Below are positions 1-12,572 of a DNA stretch of 64,000 nt, one piece after another. Within the stretch, counting starts at the first letter, position 1. The number at the start of each line of letters is the position of its first letter. The notes under the pieces are model-generated. The model worked only from the letters and a program-made list of their open reading frames with translations, was not told the DNA's origin and ran no database searches. Source of the DNA: an uncultured delta proteobacterium. Its GTDB lineage: Bacteria > Desulfobacterota > BSN033 > UBA1163. Made by a program: the position numbers and the translations under genes. The DNA is taken from the NCBI GenBank assembly GCA_963708295.1, contig CAVPSJ010000008.1:288001-352000 (forward strand). Direction: 5' to 3'.

Positions 1-2970
<2,970 letters not shown>

Positions 2971-3017
2971 AATTGAACTTATAAATTCCTATCCCTTCAT
3001 CCATATTCTTCATATAA

Positions 3018-3088
3018 TCGTAAGTCGCAAGGTCGTGTAGAGCGCAAGGGGTTTAACCTCTTACCACCTGACGACTTACGCCTTACGG
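3018..3088. repeat. Heptamer-periodic inverted repeat (hairpin) in the 23S-5S spacer
   Basis: TCGTAAG TCGCAAG..GCGCAAG on the left and CTTACCA..CTGACGA CTTACGC CTTACGG on the right. CGTAAGTCG and CGACTTACG are exact reverse complements. Confidence 0.7.
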
Positions 3089-3100
3089 AATTTAGAGATT

Positions 3101-3218
<118 letters not shown>

Positions 3219-3245
3219 TTAAAAATTGTCCTCGCGAAAGCGGGC

Positions 3246-3280
3246 AAAAAAAGCCCGCCCTCTGTGGCGGGCTTTTTTTT
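3246..3280 (+). terminator. Intrinsic (bidirectional-type) terminator of the rrn operon
   Basis: A7-GCCCGCC-ctctgt-GGCGGGC-T8. Confidence 0.92.
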
Positions 3281-3333
3281 ACCCCGATAGGATTAATTTT
3301 TCTATGCGCAGAAATGCGGGTTCTTCACGGACA

Positions 3334-3529
3334 AAGGAAGGCGGGGTACGGATTACGGAGGGGGAGGTCACTCGCCGCATGATCGGAGGCCTTTCTCTCG
3401 TGGATCAACGTTCGTATCAAGCGGGCCTGCTTGGTGCGGATAGGGAAGGTCTGCATAAGTCACCGGCCGAGCCTCGCACGAAAACCTGAATCATTCCGAC
3501 ACGCCCTCCGATAACCGTATGCCTTCCTT
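3334..3529. ncRNA. Orphan structured RNA / non-coding element (IS110-type non-coding end or 6S-like)
   Basis: Nested complementary blocks: AAGGAAGGC(3334)/GCCTTCCTT(3521), TACGG/CCGTA, CGGAGGG/CCCTCCG, TCGGA/TCCGA, plus an inner hairpin TGCGGA..TCTGCA. No credible ORF. Confidence 0.5.
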
Positions 3530-3754
3530 ATCTCTGCGGCGAACCCTATTTCTGAATCAATGAATGGGGACCTCTGCGATTAGCTTACGGTTTTTATGGG
3601 TGAACAGAGCGACCGAGCACACGCGCGTGATTATGATGATTGAAGTTTTTATAACGACGGGTGTAAAATCTAAGCAGACCTGGACAAAGCAGCAGCGTTT
3701 TAGCTCTGGGACAAGCCTCCCGGTCGCGCGATGGGAGGGCAGGGGAGTTGAACG

Positions 3755-4858
3755 GTGGGCCAATATTCCGACAGGCATGTGCACACGATTCAGGCGGCCG
3801 TACTGCGCAAGAAAGGCGGCCCGCTGGAAATCGAGACCTTAGAGATGGAGGGGCCTCGGGACGACGAAGTCTTGGTCCGCCTCGTCGCCTCGGGCATCTG
3901 CCATACGGATATAGACTTCTGCGACGACTGGGATGAGGCGGATGGTGCAGTGGTGCTGGGCCATGAAGGGGCGGGCGTCGTCGAACAGATAGGCAAGAGG
4001 GTGAAGGGTATCAAGCCCGAGGATCACGTCGTGCTCTCCTATCAGTCTTGCGGTCGTTGCCGCAAATGCCGGGATGGGCGCCCTGCTCATTGTACGCGAT
4101 TTGATGAACTGAATTTCGGCTTTCAGCGCCTGGACGGGAGCAATGGATTGCAGCGCAGCGGCATACGAGGGCACTTCTTCGGTCAGTCTTCGTTTGCTAC
4201 CCACTCTTTGGCTACAGAACGAAACCTCGTCAAGGTTCCCAAGGACCTCACCCTTGAGCTTTTAGCCCCGCTGGGCTGCGGGTTGCAGACGGGGGCCGGC
4301 ACAGTGATAAACTCGCTCAAAGTGTCACGCAACGGAAGTGTCGCGGTCTTCGGTACCGGAGCGGTCGGGTTGGCGGCGGTCATGGCATCTCGCCTTGCTG
4401 GCGCCGACCCGATCATCGGTATCGACATCAAACCCAAACGGCTTAAGCTTGCGCTGGAATTAGGCGCTACCCATATCATTGACAATCGGCATCAAGATGT
4501 CTCTGCCCGCATCATCGATATCACCGGCAGGGGTTTGGATTACGTGGTTGAGACGACGGGTAACCCGATCATGCACCGACTCGCCATTGGGGCGTTGAAC
4601 CCGCATGGTGTTGTGGCGCTCCTCACCGGAGAAACAGGCACGGATTCACTGCCGGAGGGACGGAGAACCCTCGGCATCATTCAGGGTGACGCTGTGCCGC
4701 AGCATTTCATACCCAGATTGATTAAGCTATTTCGAGCAGGACAGTTTGGTTTTGACCGGCTTGTCAAGCTGTATGAGTTCAAAGAAATCAACCGGGCGAT
4801 TGCCGATGCCAGGAGAGGCGATACCATCAAGCCCGTGCTGCGGATGAGCAAGGCATAG
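3755..4858 (+). CDS. Zn-dependent (aryl-)alcohol dehydrogenase, MDR family
   Basis: GICHTD, GHEGAG, structural Zn CGRCRKC..C, PLGCGLQTGAG, GTGAVG. Confidence 0.93.
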   Translation: MGQYSDRHVHTIQAAVLRKKGGPLEIETLEMEGPRDDEVLVRLVASGICHTDIDFCDDWDEADGAVVLGHEGAGVVEQIGKRVKGIKPEDHVVLSYQSCGRCRKCRDGRPAHCTRFDELNFGFQRLDGSNGLQRSGIRGHFFGQSSFATHSLATERNLVKVPKDLTLELLAPLGCGLQTGAGTVINSLKVSRNGSVAVFGTGAVGLAAVMASRLAGADPIIGIDIKPKRLKLALELGATHIIDNRHQDVSARIIDITGRGLDYVVETTGNPIMHRLAIGALNPHGVVALLTGETGTDSLPEGRRTLGIIQGDAVPQHFIPRLIKLFRAGQFGFDRLVKLYEFKEINRAIADARRGDTIKPVLRMSKA

Positions 4859-4910
4859 TGGCAAACTTTGCGCCAATCTCCATCGAGAAGAAGGCTGACC
4901 TGAACGGAAA

Positions 4911-5864
4911 GTGACTATGAGCTGGAAGGAAGATCCGCGCTGGGCCTATGTCTTTGTGAATTTGTCCTGCCTGATGTGGGCCAGTAATTTTGTACTGGGG
5001 AGGACCCTTCGGGAGGAGATCGGGCCTCTGATGCTGACGGCCTCCCGTTTCGTGGTAGCCTCCTTATTCTATGCCGCAATCCTTGCCCGTCCCGGTATGA
5101 GGGAGCGACCGTCGCTCCGGCACTGGGTGTTGCTGGCAGCTATGTCATTGACGGGGGTACTGGGATTTCCTCTCCTTCTGTATCGCGGTCTTCAACTCAC
5201 GATGGCAACCGATGCTGTACTGATCAATGCTACGGGTCCGCTCATGACGGTAGCCCTGGCTGCGATCCTGCTAAAGGAGCGATTGTTCCCCCGTCATCTT
5301 TTGGGTGGAGTGATATCTTTAGTGGGCGTGGCGCTGATCGTCAGCGGAGGCTCATTTGAAAGGCTCCATCAATGGCGCGTAAATGTCGGTGATTTACACG
5401 TCCTTATCGCAGTTGTGCTCTGGGGACTTTACTCGGTGATCAGCCGCTGGGCGACGCGGTTCCACTCTGTTTTTTCGGTAACGGCCATCTCGACCTGGAT
5501 GGCACTTCCGCTTTTCCTTGGGGCGGCAGCCGTGGGTTGGCAGCCAGCATCCACCCGCTGGAGCTGGCACCTCTTGCTGGCAGTCGTCTACATCGGTATT
5601 TTCCCTTCCGGAGCTGCTTTCCTGTCATGGAACGAAGGGGTGCGCCGGGTTGGGCCGAACCGAGCGATGGTTTTCTACAATATGCTGCCGGTTTATGGAT
5701 CGATATTGGGAGTGATTCTGCTCGGAGAATCCCTCGCGACGCAGCATTTTATCGGCGGCGGGCTAATCGTGGGGGGAAGCCTCATCGCCATCTGGCCGGA
5801 TTTGAGAGGGGCATCAGGAAAGAGCCAAAGCAACGAGGAACGAGGGACTAAGGCGGACCCGTGA
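4911..5864 (+). CDS. DMT/EamA family transporter
   Basis: About 10 hydrophobic segments in two EamA repeats (LMWASNF.., ILLKER.., ILLGE). Confidence 0.9.
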   Translation: MTMSWKEDPRWAYVFVNLSCLMWASNFVLGRTLREEIGPLMLTASRFVVASLFYAAILARPGMRERPSLRHWVLLAAMSLTGVLGFPLLLYRGLQLTMATDAVLINATGPLMTVALAAILLKERLFPRHLLGGVISLVGVALIVSGGSFERLHQWRVNVGDLHVLIAVVLWGLYSVISRWATRFHSVFSVTAISTWMALPLFLGAAAVGWQPASTRWSWHLLLAVVYIGIFPSGAAFLSWNEGVRRVGPNRAMVFYNMLPVYGSILGVILLGESLATQHFIGGGLIVGGSLIAIWPDLRGASGKSQSNEERGTKADP

Positions 5865-5900
5865 CTTGTTCGCATAAGCGCTAAAGATCCTTGGGGCAAT

Positions 5901-6047
5901 TCAAATATTAGTCCTCTTATGTTTTCTTATGATCGGTCCAGCGACCTTCCGATGGAGATTGATTTCTTTCTTAAATTCCGGCCGAATTGCAATTGCCCCT
6001 TCCAGGGATGGCAAGTAAGTTCTTTTCTTCTTTTTTGGCACCCTCAT
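5901..6047 (-). CDS. Small basic hypothetical protein (48 aa, MRVPKKKKRTYLPSLEGAIAIRPEF...)
   Basis: AGGAG just upstream of ATG at 6047 on the minus strand. It lies inside track ORF 5901..6140. Confidence 0.4.
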   Translation of the reverse strand: MRVPKKKKRTYLPSLEGAIAIRPEFKKEINLHRKVAGPIIRKHKRTNI

Positions 6048-6175
6048 GATCTCCTGATATAACGTGGAAAAAGTATCTTGAACTGGGAATGAATTCGGAT
6101 ATAGAATAAGATCATTGTATTGTGTCAGTTTGAGTGTCATGGGGTGCTCCGTAAACCCAAAGAAAGGAGGCAGTT

Positions 6176-6757
6176 ATGGCCGCGAAGAAGATTTTGATGA
6201 TTGTTGGGGATTTTGTGGAGGATTATGAGGTGATGGTGCCTTTTCAGGCATTGTTGATGGTTGGGCACACGGTTCATGCGGTCTGTCCTGGGAAAAAGGC
6301 GGGTGATCGGGTTCGGACGGCGGTCCATGATTTTGAAGGGGATCAAACCTACAGCGAGAAGCCGGGGCACAACTTTACATTGAACGCAACGCTTGATGAG
6401 GTCAAGCCAGAAGCTTATGATGCCCTGGTGATCCCCGGGGGACGAGCGCCGGAGTATATTCGTCTGAACGATAAGGTGCTTGATGCAGTTCGCCACTTTG
6501 CCAAAACGAATAAGCCCATCGCCTCCATTTGCCATGGCGCACAAGTGTTGGCGGCAGCGGGGGTGATCGCGGGAAAAGCATGTTCAGCTTATCCGGCGGT
6601 GGGACCCGATGTGAAAACTGCGGGTGGCAAGTACGTTGATATAGCGGTAGATAAGGCTCACGTGGATGGCAACCTGGTTACCGCACCTGCCTGGCCGGCT
6701 CACCCTGAATGGCTGGCGAAGTTTTTGAAAGTGTTAGGAACGAAGATTGAGCCATAG
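6176..6757 (+). CDS. pfpI: DJ-1/PfpI family protein (glyoxalase III / protease I type)
   Basis: [19 protein letters not shown], nucleophile elbow [15 protein letters not shown], strong RBS AGGAGG. Confidence 0.93.
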   Translation: MAAKKILMIVGDFVEDYEVMVPFQALLMVGHTVHAVCPGKKAGDRVRTAVHDFEGDQTYSEKPGHNFTLNATLDEVKPEAYDALVIPGGRAPEYIRLNDKVLDAVRHFAKTNKPIASICHGAQVLAAAGVIAGKACSAYPAVGPDVKTAGGKYVDIAVDKAHVDGNLVTAPAWPAHPEWLAKFLKVLGTKIEP

Positions 6758-6813
6758 AAAGAGTAAAAGGGGTCAAATCCAAAATGATACACTCGATGGA
6801 GAGGAGGTAACGT

Positions 6814-7140
6814 ATGATTAAAAGCAAAAAACTTGTCAGCCTTATTCTACTGTTGGCTTTAGCCATGAGTGTCGCGGGATGCTTCACCATTCGGGTAGGG
6901 GGTAAGGCCGAGTTAGCTCCCAGTACAGAAGAGGGCACGAAGATTGCTCATAAGAGATGCTGGTACGCCCTTTGGGGGTTGGTTCCGATAAGTGATAACT
7001 CCACCGATTCCCTCATTCCTGAAACCGTGAAGAAAGTGAGGGTGGAAACGAAATATACGGTCCCGGATTTCCTGATCAATATTTTCACAATTCTTCTAAC
7101 GATTGAGACGTTTTCCGTGGAGGTTTACGAGGTTAAGTAG
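6814..7140 (+). CDS. Bor/Iss-like lipoprotein
   Basis: Lipobox VAGC after a signal peptide, WYALWGLVP motif, RBS GGAGG. Confidence 0.65.
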   Translation: MIKSKKLVSLILLLALAMSVAGCFTIRVGGKAELAPSTEEGTKIAHKRCWYALWGLVPISDNSTDSLIPETVKKVRVETKYTVPDFLINIFTILLTIETFSVEVYEVK

Positions 7141-7168
7141 AAAATTCTATTTGGATTTATTCCACCCA

Positions 7169-7633
7169 ATGGCTTTATTGTCGATTCGTGCGCCGGACGC
7201 GATGAAGGTCACCTTACGAGAAGACACTCACGCAGACCCTGATTTTTATTACCAACAGCAATTTGCAATCTATCACGAGCCCTATCTCATCTGGGACAGG
7301 GAGACCTGGGAAGCCGTCCTCACCGCATGCGACGTCTATCGCATCGAAATCGACGGAAGGTTCGGAGGAGATATTATCGTTGAAAACAGAGGAAAAGGCA
7401 TAAAGTATATCGTTGATTTTAGTGTCTTGCCTGCTTACCAGAGAAAAGGAACCGGGACGGCGGCCCTCGAACAAATCAAGGGGATGGCAGAAAAGTTGAC
7501 GGCGGTCACGCGGAAAGAGACCCTTCCATTCTTTCTGAAGTCCGGGTTTGTTTTGAGAAAGAGGGCAAGAAATTACTATGACCCTGGTGTGGATGGATTC
7601 TATATTGTTTTTGAAAGAAGACCCGAACAATAA
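7169..7633 (+). CDS. GNAT family N-acetyltransferase (start uncertain, 7169 or 7202)
   Basis: Acetyl-CoA motif VLPAYQRKGTGT, FFLKSGF, NYY. Confidence 0.8.
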   Translation: MALLSIRAPDAMKVTLREDTHADPDFYYQQQFAIYHEPYLIWDRETWEAVLTACDVYRIEIDGRFGGDIIVENRGKGIKYIVDFSVLPAYQRKGTGTAALEQIKGMAEKLTAVTRKETLPFFLKSGFVLRKRARNYYDPGVDGFYIVFERRPEQ

Positions 7634-7683
7634 AGGTTTGTAGTGAACCGGATAGTCCGCAAAGGTCATGGGAGTAACAGAGC

Positions 7684-7965
7684 ATGCTCACCCTGAGGAA
7701 GAAGATTAGCGGGGTCTTGGAAGCGGACTGCCTTGATTTGCGAGAGATCTCCAAATTGTTCGGGATTAAGGAAAAAGAGGTTCTCGATCATCTTCAGCAT
7801 ATCGCCAGGTCCGCCCATCCTAAGAAGCTTACCGCGGAACCGGCGTCTTGCAAGCAATGCGGGTTTTCTTTTAAGAAACGGACTCGACTGAATACTCCGG
7901 GGCGCTGTCCTGTTTGCAAAAGTGAATCTATCTCCCCGCCTCGGTTTAGGATCAGCCATTCCTAA
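7684..7965 (+). CDS. HTH + Zn-ribbon transcriptional regulator (COG3357-like)
   Basis: N-terminal HTH (LREISKLFGIKEKEVLDHLQHI), CKQCGF...PGRCPVCKSE. Confidence 0.85.
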   Translation: MLTLRKKISGVLEADCLDLREISKLFGIKEKEVLDHLQHIARSAHPKKLTAEPASCKQCGFSFKKRTRLNTPGRCPVCKSESISPPRFRISHS

Positions 7966-8000
7966 AGAGGGAGATAAGGAGCAACGCATCCGCCGGATCT

Positions 8001-8636
8001 TCAGGACAACAGGATTCTGATCACCGTCATGATCATCCATTGGAAGAATCCGATTAGGGGATCCAGTAGACCCAGATAGAGGAGACCGATGATGATAAAG
8101 AACCCGTAAGGCTCCAGGCGGGTCAGGAAATACGGGGTTCTTTCCCATAAAATTCCCATCAGGATCTTCGAGCCGTCCAGGGGAGGGATGGGAATCAAAT
8201 TGAGCGCGGCCAGCGTGACGTTAACGTAAGCTACGTACGTGCACACCTTGTAGACAGGGATCACGGCCATTCCCGAGGAGGATGTCGAAAGCAGTCGGGC
8301 AAATAGCAGGGCGACGAAAGCGAAGAGGATGTTGGCGAGAATCCCTGCCGAAGAGACGAAGATAACTCCCTTCCGCATGTCCTTGAGGTTGTTGAAATCG
8401 ACCGGAACAGGTTTCGCCCATCCGAAACCCGCAAGAAAAAGCATGAGGGTTCCGATCGGGTCGAGGTGCCTGAGCGGATTGAGACTCAGGCGGCCCGCCC
8501 ACTTGGCGGTCGAGTCACCCATTCTGTAAGCGACCCAGCCGTGGGCCACCTCATGAATGATGACGGAAAAAAGAAGGGGGATGGCAACCAGAGCAAAAGC
8601 TAGTGGATCCCTGGTCAGAAGGTTCAGAAGTCCCAT
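8001..8636 (-). CDS. Site-2 protease (M50 family membrane metalloprotease)
   Basis: HEVAHG, NPLRHLDP, NLIPIPPLDG. Confidence 0.93.
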   Translation of the reverse strand: MGLLNLLTRDPLAFALVAIPLLFSVIIHEVAHGWVAYRMGDSTAKWAGRLSLNPLRHLDPIGTLMLFLAGFGWAKPVPVDFNNLKDMRKGVIFVSSAGILANILFAFVALLFARLLSTSSSGMAVIPVYKVCTYVAYVNVTLAALNLIPIPPLDGSKILMGILWERTPYFLTRLEPYGFFIIIGLLYLGLLDPLIGFFQWMIMTVIRILLS

Positions 8637-8888
8637 TTATGTTATCCCACCCTTTAAGGTTTGAGTTCCCGACTCTTTATTGAACATTGCCCCCGCCCAT
8701 CCAACCTTGGGGTCAACCGTTCGGGACAGATCCATTTTACAATATCTCCGGACATAAATAAAGACAAAGAGGGCAACCGGGGGAGGTTCCCGCCGCTAGG
8801 CAAGAAAATTACGTTTAAATTCCTTTCGAAGGGTCATATAATACTAACAAGAGAAATTTCGGCGGGAAGTTGTTTCATCGGAGGTCTG

Positions 8889-9845
8889 ATGGAAACGAAT
8901 ATTCATAGGGTAGCCTGTGTGGGAGCAGGTCTCATCGGCCAGGAATGGGCGACTCTGTTCTCCTCCAAAGGTTTTGAAGTGGTTCTCCAGGATCTATCTG
9001 AAACGGTACTGGAGAAATCGGTAAGAGGCATAAGGTCAAATCTCTTATTCCTTGAAACAAGCAACCTTCTGAAAAAAGGTGAAGCGGAAGCGGCGTTGAA
9101 GAGGATAAAGACGAGTCAGTTCATTGGCGAGGCAGTCGGTCATGCCGATTATGTTCAGGAATCTGTTCCTGATGATTATGATCTGAAGAAGCAAGTCTTC
9201 AGTGAAATGGACGCAGCGGCTCCTGAATATGCTATCCTGGCCAGTAGCTCTTCGGGACTGTTGATGACAGAGATTCAAAAAGTGACGGCGAGACCTCGGC
9301 GCTGCGTGTTAGTCCACCCTGTTCTTCCCGTTTACCTTATCCCTCTTGTTGAGATCGTCGGAGGAGGACAAACATCTGGCGAAACATTGATGGCTGCCCA
9401 CGACTTCATGAAAACCCTTGGGAAAGTTCCCGTTTTACTGAAACGGGAAGTTTCCGGCTACATTGTGAACCGGCTGCAAGCCGCGCTATTGCGTGAAGCC
9501 ATTGACCTTGTTGACAAGGGTGTCGCGAGTGCTGAAGACGTGGATAAAGCCTTTTGTACGGGGATAGGCCTCCGGGATCCTCTGATCGGTCCATTTTTAC
9601 GGATACATCTGGCCGGAGGGGGTGTTGAACGATTCATCGAGAATTTTTCTCAATCCTACCGCCATCGGTGGGAAACGATGGAAACCTGGACCTCTATTCC
9701 TCCCTCCGCGGCGGAGAAAATTGTAAGGAGTGTCAGGGAGATGGGAGTTGTTCGCAAAAAAACCTTGGAGGAGATCAACAACTGGAGAGACGAAATGCTG
9801 GTCAAACTGCTGAACTTGATCCGTGAAGGCGAGCAGCCGAATTGA
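8889..9845 (+). CDS. 3-hydroxyacyl-CoA dehydrogenase family (carnitine/gulonate dehydrogenase-like)
   Basis: VACVGAGLIG Rossmann motif, QESVPD, ILASSSS, GYIVNRLQ. ATG at 8889 follows GGAGG. Confidence 0.88.
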   Translation: METNIHRVACVGAGLIGQEWATLFSSKGFEVVLQDLSETVLEKSVRGIRSNLLFLETSNLLKKGEAEAALKRIKTSQFIGEAVGHADYVQESVPDDYDLKKQVFSEMDAAAPEYAILASSSSGLLMTEIQKVTARPRRCVLVHPVLPVYLIPLVEIVGGGQTSGETLMAAHDFMKTLGKVPVLLKREVSGYIVNRLQAALLREAIDLVDKGVASAEDVDKAFCTGIGLRDPLIGPFLRIHLAGGGVERFIENFSQSYRHRWETMETWTSIPPSAAEKIVRSVREMGVVRKKTLEEINNWRDEMLVKLLNLIREGEQPN

Positions 9846-9953
9846 CCAATGCGTAAAGCATCATCATGGAAAGTGGGATGGGATTACCGGTAAGGAAGCG
9901 ATCAGGAGAGAAATGTTTCGAAAATTCATAGAGAGGGTTTCAAGGAGGGGTCT

Positions 9954-10577
9954 ATGACTGAGCCGCTGGTTCTTGAGGTGTTTTCCGATTATGTTTGACC
10001 CTGGTGCTATTTCAGTACCGTGCGTATTGATCAATTGAAGAAGAATTATGACATCCATATTCGTTGGGTGGCTTTTCCACTTCATCCCGAGATTCCAGAA
10101 GACGGAATGACTCTAGAAGAACTTTTCGTTGGTAAAGCCATAGAGATCAAGAAGGCCATGGCCCGGCTGAAGCGAGTGGCGGACGAGTTGGGTTTGCCTC
10201 TGGGTGAGCGGATAAAGACTTACAACAGTCGTTTGGCTCAGGAATTGGCAAAGTGGGCAGAATCGGAGGGGAAGGGTGATTCCTTTCATGAAGCTGTGTT
10301 TCGAGCCTACTTTGTCGAAGGGAAAAACATCGGCAGGGTGGATGAACTGGTGATTCTTGCGAAATCGGTTGGTCTTCCGGAAAGGAAAGCAAGGTCGGTC
10401 CTTGAATTGAGGACTTTCCGGGAAGCAGTGGATTCCGACTGGGAGCGGTCTCATGCCCTGGGAATCACAGGGGTACCGACTTTTATGGCCGATCACAAAG
10501 CTACTGTGGGATTCCAATCCTATGAGGAACTCGAACGATTCCTAAAAAGCTTTGGCATCAGGAAACGTAATCCATAA
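9954..10577 (+). CDS. DsbA/FrnE-family thiol oxidoreductase, probable selenoprotein (Sec at TGA 9996-9998)
   Basis: RBS AAGGAGG and ATG 9954 give MTEPLVLEVFSDYV-TGA-PWCYFS, in frame with track ORF 10020..10577 (FPLHPE, cis-Pro GITGVPTF). Confidence 0.88.
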
Positions 10578-10921
10578 GCTCATTGGGACGGCGACCTGTA
10601 TGGCGGAACAGGCTCATTAAACGGAGTTGATATTCCAGCCCCGCTAAACCTTTTCACCGCTCCTCATCAATAATTCTTATCTGGCTCTGCATTTGGACTC
10701 ATACCTGAGGATTCCGGTCAATACCCTCCCCTGAAACAATTCCTCTGGAGGCGGGTAGAAGGCGGGAAATTTTTTTCCATATTTTTCCATACCCCGTTCG
10801 GGATTTTGGTAAAAAGTATTTCCTATTTTGAAAGGGCTGTCGACTGCAACCGTAGGTTTGAAAGCCGGTAATTTACTATAAGTGTAGAGAGCTTAGGAAT
10901 TCCTCAGACGAAAAGGGGGAG

Positions 10922-10937
10922 TGGCATTAAATTTGCT
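10922..10937 (+). promoter_or_regulatory. sigma54 (-24/-12) promoter
   Basis: TGGCAT-TAAAT-TTGCT, with exact GG-N10-GC spacing. Confidence 0.8.
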
Positions 10938-11049
10938 CTGTATCTAATCCGTACCGGCGCCTTCCCTTACCATCAGCGATACCCGTCAGGCAGTGCCTGG
11001 CGGACTCGAAACTGGGGCGCTTTTTAAATTGCAAGGTGCGGATTACAGC

Positions 11050-11232
11050 ATGGTAGCCTATCAACTCTATTGGCGGGATGAAAAAGAAAAGGCCCATTTC
11101 ATTGGGATGCTCTCCGAGAAAAGGAAAACACCGGGCAGAATTACACCAGAGTCTGTCCTGAATTGGGGGCGGAAGGCTATCGGCGACCGTTCAAATCTCA
11201 TTGATATCTATTTCGTTCAGGTAAAACTTTAG
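11050..11232 (+). CDS. Small hypothetical protein (60 aa, MVAYQLYWRDEKEKAHFIG...)
   Basis: Protein-like composition. First ORF after the sigma54 promoter. Confidence 0.6.
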   Translation: MVAYQLYWRDEKEKAHFIGMLSEKRKTPGRITPESVLNWGRKAIGDRSNLIDIYFVQVKL

Positions 11233-11463
11233 CGATTAGAATGCAAATCCATGTCCCATATCGTCGGTGAGGGGGCAGGCCGGGTTTTTCTGATTTCATC
11301 GACGCCTTATCCGCCACCTCTCAGGGTGGAAATGTTATCTCTTGGGGGAATGAGAATGGGTTAAAGGAGGTGAAGCCCTTTTTTCTAACCTCATGATGCT
11401 TGGTCCGGGTTTGCCTATTTTTCAGTTGAACAAAATAGTTTTTTATTCTAATATCTATCCCAT

Positions 11464-12561
11464 ATGGGGAACCTTGCAGGGAAAGTCTTAGTCGTTGATG
11501 ATAACGCAGAATTTATTGATTTTATTAGAAGATTTCTGGAAAGCAAAGGCTTCCAGGTCTCAATCGCCTTAAGCGGGAAGATGGCGATTGAAAAGACATT
11601 ATCGGATATTCCCGAACTGGTTCTTCTTGATTTGAAATTGCCGGATATGCCTGGAGAAGAGGTATTAAGAAGCATTAGAGAAACTGACAAGAACATTGCC
11701 GTTGTCGTTATCACTGGCTTTGGGGGAGAACAGGTGGCGGTCGACATGATGAGAAAAGGTGCTACCGATTTCCTGTCAAAGCCGATCGACCATCAGGTCC
11801 TTCTGTCGTCCATAAAGAATGCCTTAGAAATTCGTAGCGCTCAGATCGAAGATGGACGGTTCGACCGATACCCCTCCCTTGAAAAATTTTTCCCGTTTCT
11901 AGCACACGAAATTCGAAACCCACTCCACGCCATTTCTGGAGCGCTTGCGATCATTCAAAGGCGATCCGATCTGAAAGATGAACTTCTCAATCAATCTGTA
12001 AAGATTATAAGCGAAGAAGTGAATCATTTAAATGAGTTCGTACAAGAGTGCCTGAATTTCGTACGGCCTCCGAATATGGTCCGTATTACAGAAGTTGAGA
12101 TCAACGAGGTAATTTCTGTTGTGATGAATATCATCTCCCATATGTTCGAGTCGGAATCGAGAAAAATCAAAATCATTACGGATTTGAATCCTAATCTTCC
12201 AAAGATTTATGTCAATTATGAGGAGATCAAGCAGGCTTTTTTGAACATTGTAAAAAACGCTTTTGAGGCCATGCCCGAGGGCGGACAATTTACCATCAGA
12301 ACCCGTCACAAATTGGAATCACCGAAATGGTTAGAAGTTGCTTTTATGGACAACGGGATGGGTATTAAAAAGGAAAATTTGAGCAAACTTTCTAACCCAT
12401 TTTTTACGACTAAACTCAGGGGAACTGGATTGGGCTTGGCCATCTGCCACAGAATTATCAATGAACGGCATGGCGGAAAAATCTATATTGAGAGTGAAGA
12501 AAATAGAGGAACGACGATTAAAGTGGAGTTACCCATCGGCCGCCCGGTTGGGGAAAATTGA
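11464..12561 (+). CDS. Hybrid REC-HisKA-HATPase histidine kinase
   Basis: Canonical receiver (VVDD, LLDLKLPD, KP), H-box AHEIRNPL, N-box NAFEA, DNGMG, GTGLGL. Confidence 0.95.
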   Translation: MGNLAGKVLVVDDNAEFIDFIRRFLESKGFQVSIALSGKMAIEKTLSDIPELVLLDLKLPDMPGEEVLRSIRETDKNIAVVVITGFGGEQVAVDMMRKGATDFLSKPIDHQVLLSSIKNALEIRSAQIEDGRFDRYPSLEKFFPFLAHEIRNPLHAISGALAIIQRRSDLKDELLNQSVKIISEEVNHLNEFVQECLNFVRPPNMVRITEVEINEVISVVMNIISHMFESESRKIKIITDLNPNLPKIYVNYEEIKQAFLNIVKNAFEAMPEGGQFTIRTRHKLESPKWLEVAFMDNGMGIKKENLSKLSNPFFTTKLRGTGLGLAICHRIINERHGGKIYIESEENRGTTIKVELPIGRPVGEN

Positions 12562-12572
12562 GGAGTGGAGGA

